From an uncultured Nitrososphaeraceae archaeon (GTDB lineage: Archaea; Thermoproteota; Nitrososphaeria; Nitrososphaerales; Nitrososphaeraceae), in contig CAVSMN010000009.1 of the NCBI GenBank assembly GCA_963729045.1, positions 32,001-96,000 on the forward strand: DNA of 64,000 bases, in the 5' to 3' direction. Below the pieces are notes generated by a model that had not been told where the DNA came from, did not search any database, and saw only the letters and a list, made by a program, of their open reading frames with translations. This document shows positions 62,189-64,000 of this stretch, piece by piece; the first letter of the stretch is position 1, and the number at the start of each line of letters is the position of its first letter. Made by a program: the position numbers and the translations under genes.

Positions 62189-63532
62189 CTAACTTAGTGG
62201 TTTCAATTCCTCCGTAAAAGTATTGTAAATAGACAATGCTTCTTCTTCGCTTTTCGCTCCCACAATCGTGGCGGCTCCACTCGTAAGGAAGCTAATAAGT
62301 AGTTGATTTTGAAAGGACACTGTTATACCCAAATTGCCTTTTGATTTCAATATATACCCATTAGATTCGGCGATTTTCAAAATGTTTGTTAAATCAACCT
62401 CGTTTGTAATTTGGGCGGGGGTAACAGTGTATGTTCTCTTGCCTCGATCTCTTCCGCATAATTCTTCTACCATAATAGACGGAATTTTGATATCTTTTTG
62501 TTCAACATGCAATCCGCAAGAGGGACATTCATCATGTCTATTCATTTGAATTTTATCAAAAACTAAATCATTTAGATCGACGTATAATAATTTATTGACT
62601 AATGATGGCTGCTGTCCAATTGCGATTTTTACTGCTTCAGATACCTGAATTCCAGAGACAAGATAAAGAATTGATGGATGTACTCCCTCAGTGCTACATG
62701 TTGGCATTTCATCCTCAGACAATTCAGGAAAGATGCATCTAAGACAAGCACTCTGATTTGGGAGAATAGTACAGACTGAACCAACCATTCCAAGAGCTCC
62801 AGCATAAATAAAAGGTATGCCTAGTCTTAAGCAAGCATCGTTTAGAGCATATCTAGCATCGATACTATCCAAAGCATCAATAACTATATCATATCCTTTA
62901 ATTATTTTTTCAGCGGTAAATTTAGTAACAGAAATGGGAATAGCTTCTATTTTAACACTAGGATTCATTTTCTGTAAACGTTCCAAGGCAGCTTCAACTT
63001 TTACCTTTCCTATATCTGCATCAGTGTACAAATGTTGTCTGTGAAGATTAGAGATCTCTATTACATCTCTGTCAACTATTCGAATCTCTCCTATTCCCAT
63101 TCCAACTAATTGAGCTAAAACCGGGTTTCCTATTCCTCCTGCACCGACAACACATATTTTTGTATCTTTGAGTTTTTCCATCCCGACATAACCAATTTCC
63201 TCGAGCATAATTTGCCTCGAATATCTTAGCATATCTTGATTAGTTATTTCAGCTCCACCGGCAACTGCAGGCAAAATATAAATAGAATCACCTTCTTTCA
63301 AAACTGAACCCATCCCTGCATTGTTAAAACGCATATTTTTTCCATTAATATAAATATTAATTAATGCTCTAGGCTTTCCATTAATGTCTATAACTCTACG
63401 TTTAAAATCATCACCCATAATACCGGATACAATGTTGAATGCTTCATCCAAAGTTGAAGCATCAATAGACATTTTTTTTTCTCCTGCACCTTTGTTTAAA
63501 ACTGATGGAACAACAAATTCTATTGTGGTCAA
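62189..63532 (-). CDS. MoaD/ThiS (SAMP-like) ubiquitin-like domain fused to a MoeB/ThiF E1 adenylyltransferase
   Basis: INIYING...ILPAVAGG then RYSRQ, VGAGGIG, SNLHRQ, CLRC, PTCSTEG, CPSC, ELCGR. Confidence 0.92.
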   Translation of the reverse strand: MTTIEFVVPSVLNKGAGEKKMSIDASTLDEAFNIVSGIMGDDFKRRVIDINGKPRALINIYINGKNMRFNNAGMGSVLKEGDSIYILPAVAGGAEITNQDMLRYSRQIMLEEIGYVGMEKLKDTKICVVGAGGIGNPVLAQLVGMGIGEIRIVDRDVIEISNLHRQHLYTDADIGKVKVEAALERLQKMNPSVKIEAIPISVTKFTAEKIIKGYDIVIDALDSIDARYALNDACLRLGIPFIYAGALGMVGSVCTILPNQSACLRCIFPELSEDEMPTCSTEGVHPSILYLVSGIQVSEAVKIAIGQQPSLVNKLLYVDLNDLVFDKIQMNRHDECPSCGLHVEQKDIKIPSIMVEELCGRDRGKRTYTVTPAQITNEVDLTNILKIAESNGYILKSKGNLGITVSFQNQLLISFLTSGAATIVGAKSEEEALSIYNTFTEELKPLS

Positions 63533-63574
63533 TTTATAATTAACACCGTAATTTTTCGATTTATATCCGTTTGT

Positions 63575-64000
63575 TCAACGTATCATTGCAGAAACTAGCC
63601 TGATATCAGGTTTTACTGAACTAGGAGTAGGAAGAAGATCAGTAATAGATTCAGTAGTTTTAAGTCCGTTACCAGTAACATAACATACTATATTTTCGTC
63701 TTTATCGATTTTATTTTCCTCTATTAGTTTCTTTAAAACACCTACTGCCACACCACCAGCAGGTTCGGTGAATATTCCTTCGGATTTTGCAAGCAATAAA
63801 ATGGCATTTTTAATTTCAGAATCAGTAACTTTTTCCCCTATTCCATTATATTGTCTTAGACGTTTTAGTACATATAATCCGTCACCAGGATCCCCTATTG
63901 CCAAGCTTTTTGCAATAGTATTAGGTTTTTCTACGGGTATAACTTCATTAGATCTATTCTTATAAGCATCAACAATAGGTGCACATCCATTAGGTTGGGC
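63575..64000 (-). CDS. thrC: Threonine synthase-family PLP enzyme, C-terminal part; runs off the window end
   Basis: AQPNGCAPI...PNTIAKSLAIGDPGDG, EGIFTEPAGG, TGNGLKT. Confidence 0.88.
   Translation of the reverse strand, partial: AQPNGCAPIVDAYKNRSNEVIPVEKPNTIAKSLAIGDPGDGLYVLKRLRQYNGIGEKVTDSEIKNAILLLAKSEGIFTEPAGGVAVGVLKKLIEENKIDKDENIVCYVTGNGLKTTESITDLLPTPSSVKPDIRLVSAMIR

Overview
AT-rich chromosomal segment of an ammonia-oxidising archaeon (Nitrososphaerota/Thaumarchaeota). The AOA-type NirK, Amt, cupredoxins, archaeal ValRS, CCA enzyme, MetAP-II and S11, plus many low-complexity repeat proteins, suggest a soil Nitrososphaerales such as Ca. Nitrosocosmicus (inference). It holds about 60 CDS. 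Housekeeping genes include rqcH, cbiT/L/F, rnz, prs, valS, cca, thpR, map, rps11, thiL, pmm and ogg. There are also sulfur genes (sir, rhodanese, a MoaD-MoeB fusion next to thrC), iron genes (DtxR, FTR1), amt, a frameshifted nirK and two tRNAs: Pro(UGG), and Trp(CCA) with two introns. No CRISPR, rRNA or intact IS was seen. Main observations: (1) a MurI-like racemase with both catalytic Cys replaced by Ser, next to a solo oxoprolinase/hydantoinase; (2) an N-terminal MTLPKG[FY] tag shared by two unrelated proteins, one of which has an untagged near-identical paralog 53 kb away; (3) TTAGG-N4-CCTAA operators defining a putative DtxR iron regulon; (4) tandem methyltransferases that are a mosaic of identical and divergent blocks; (5) several frameshifted genes that may be assembly errors. 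All product calls come from motif recognition; no database searches were run.
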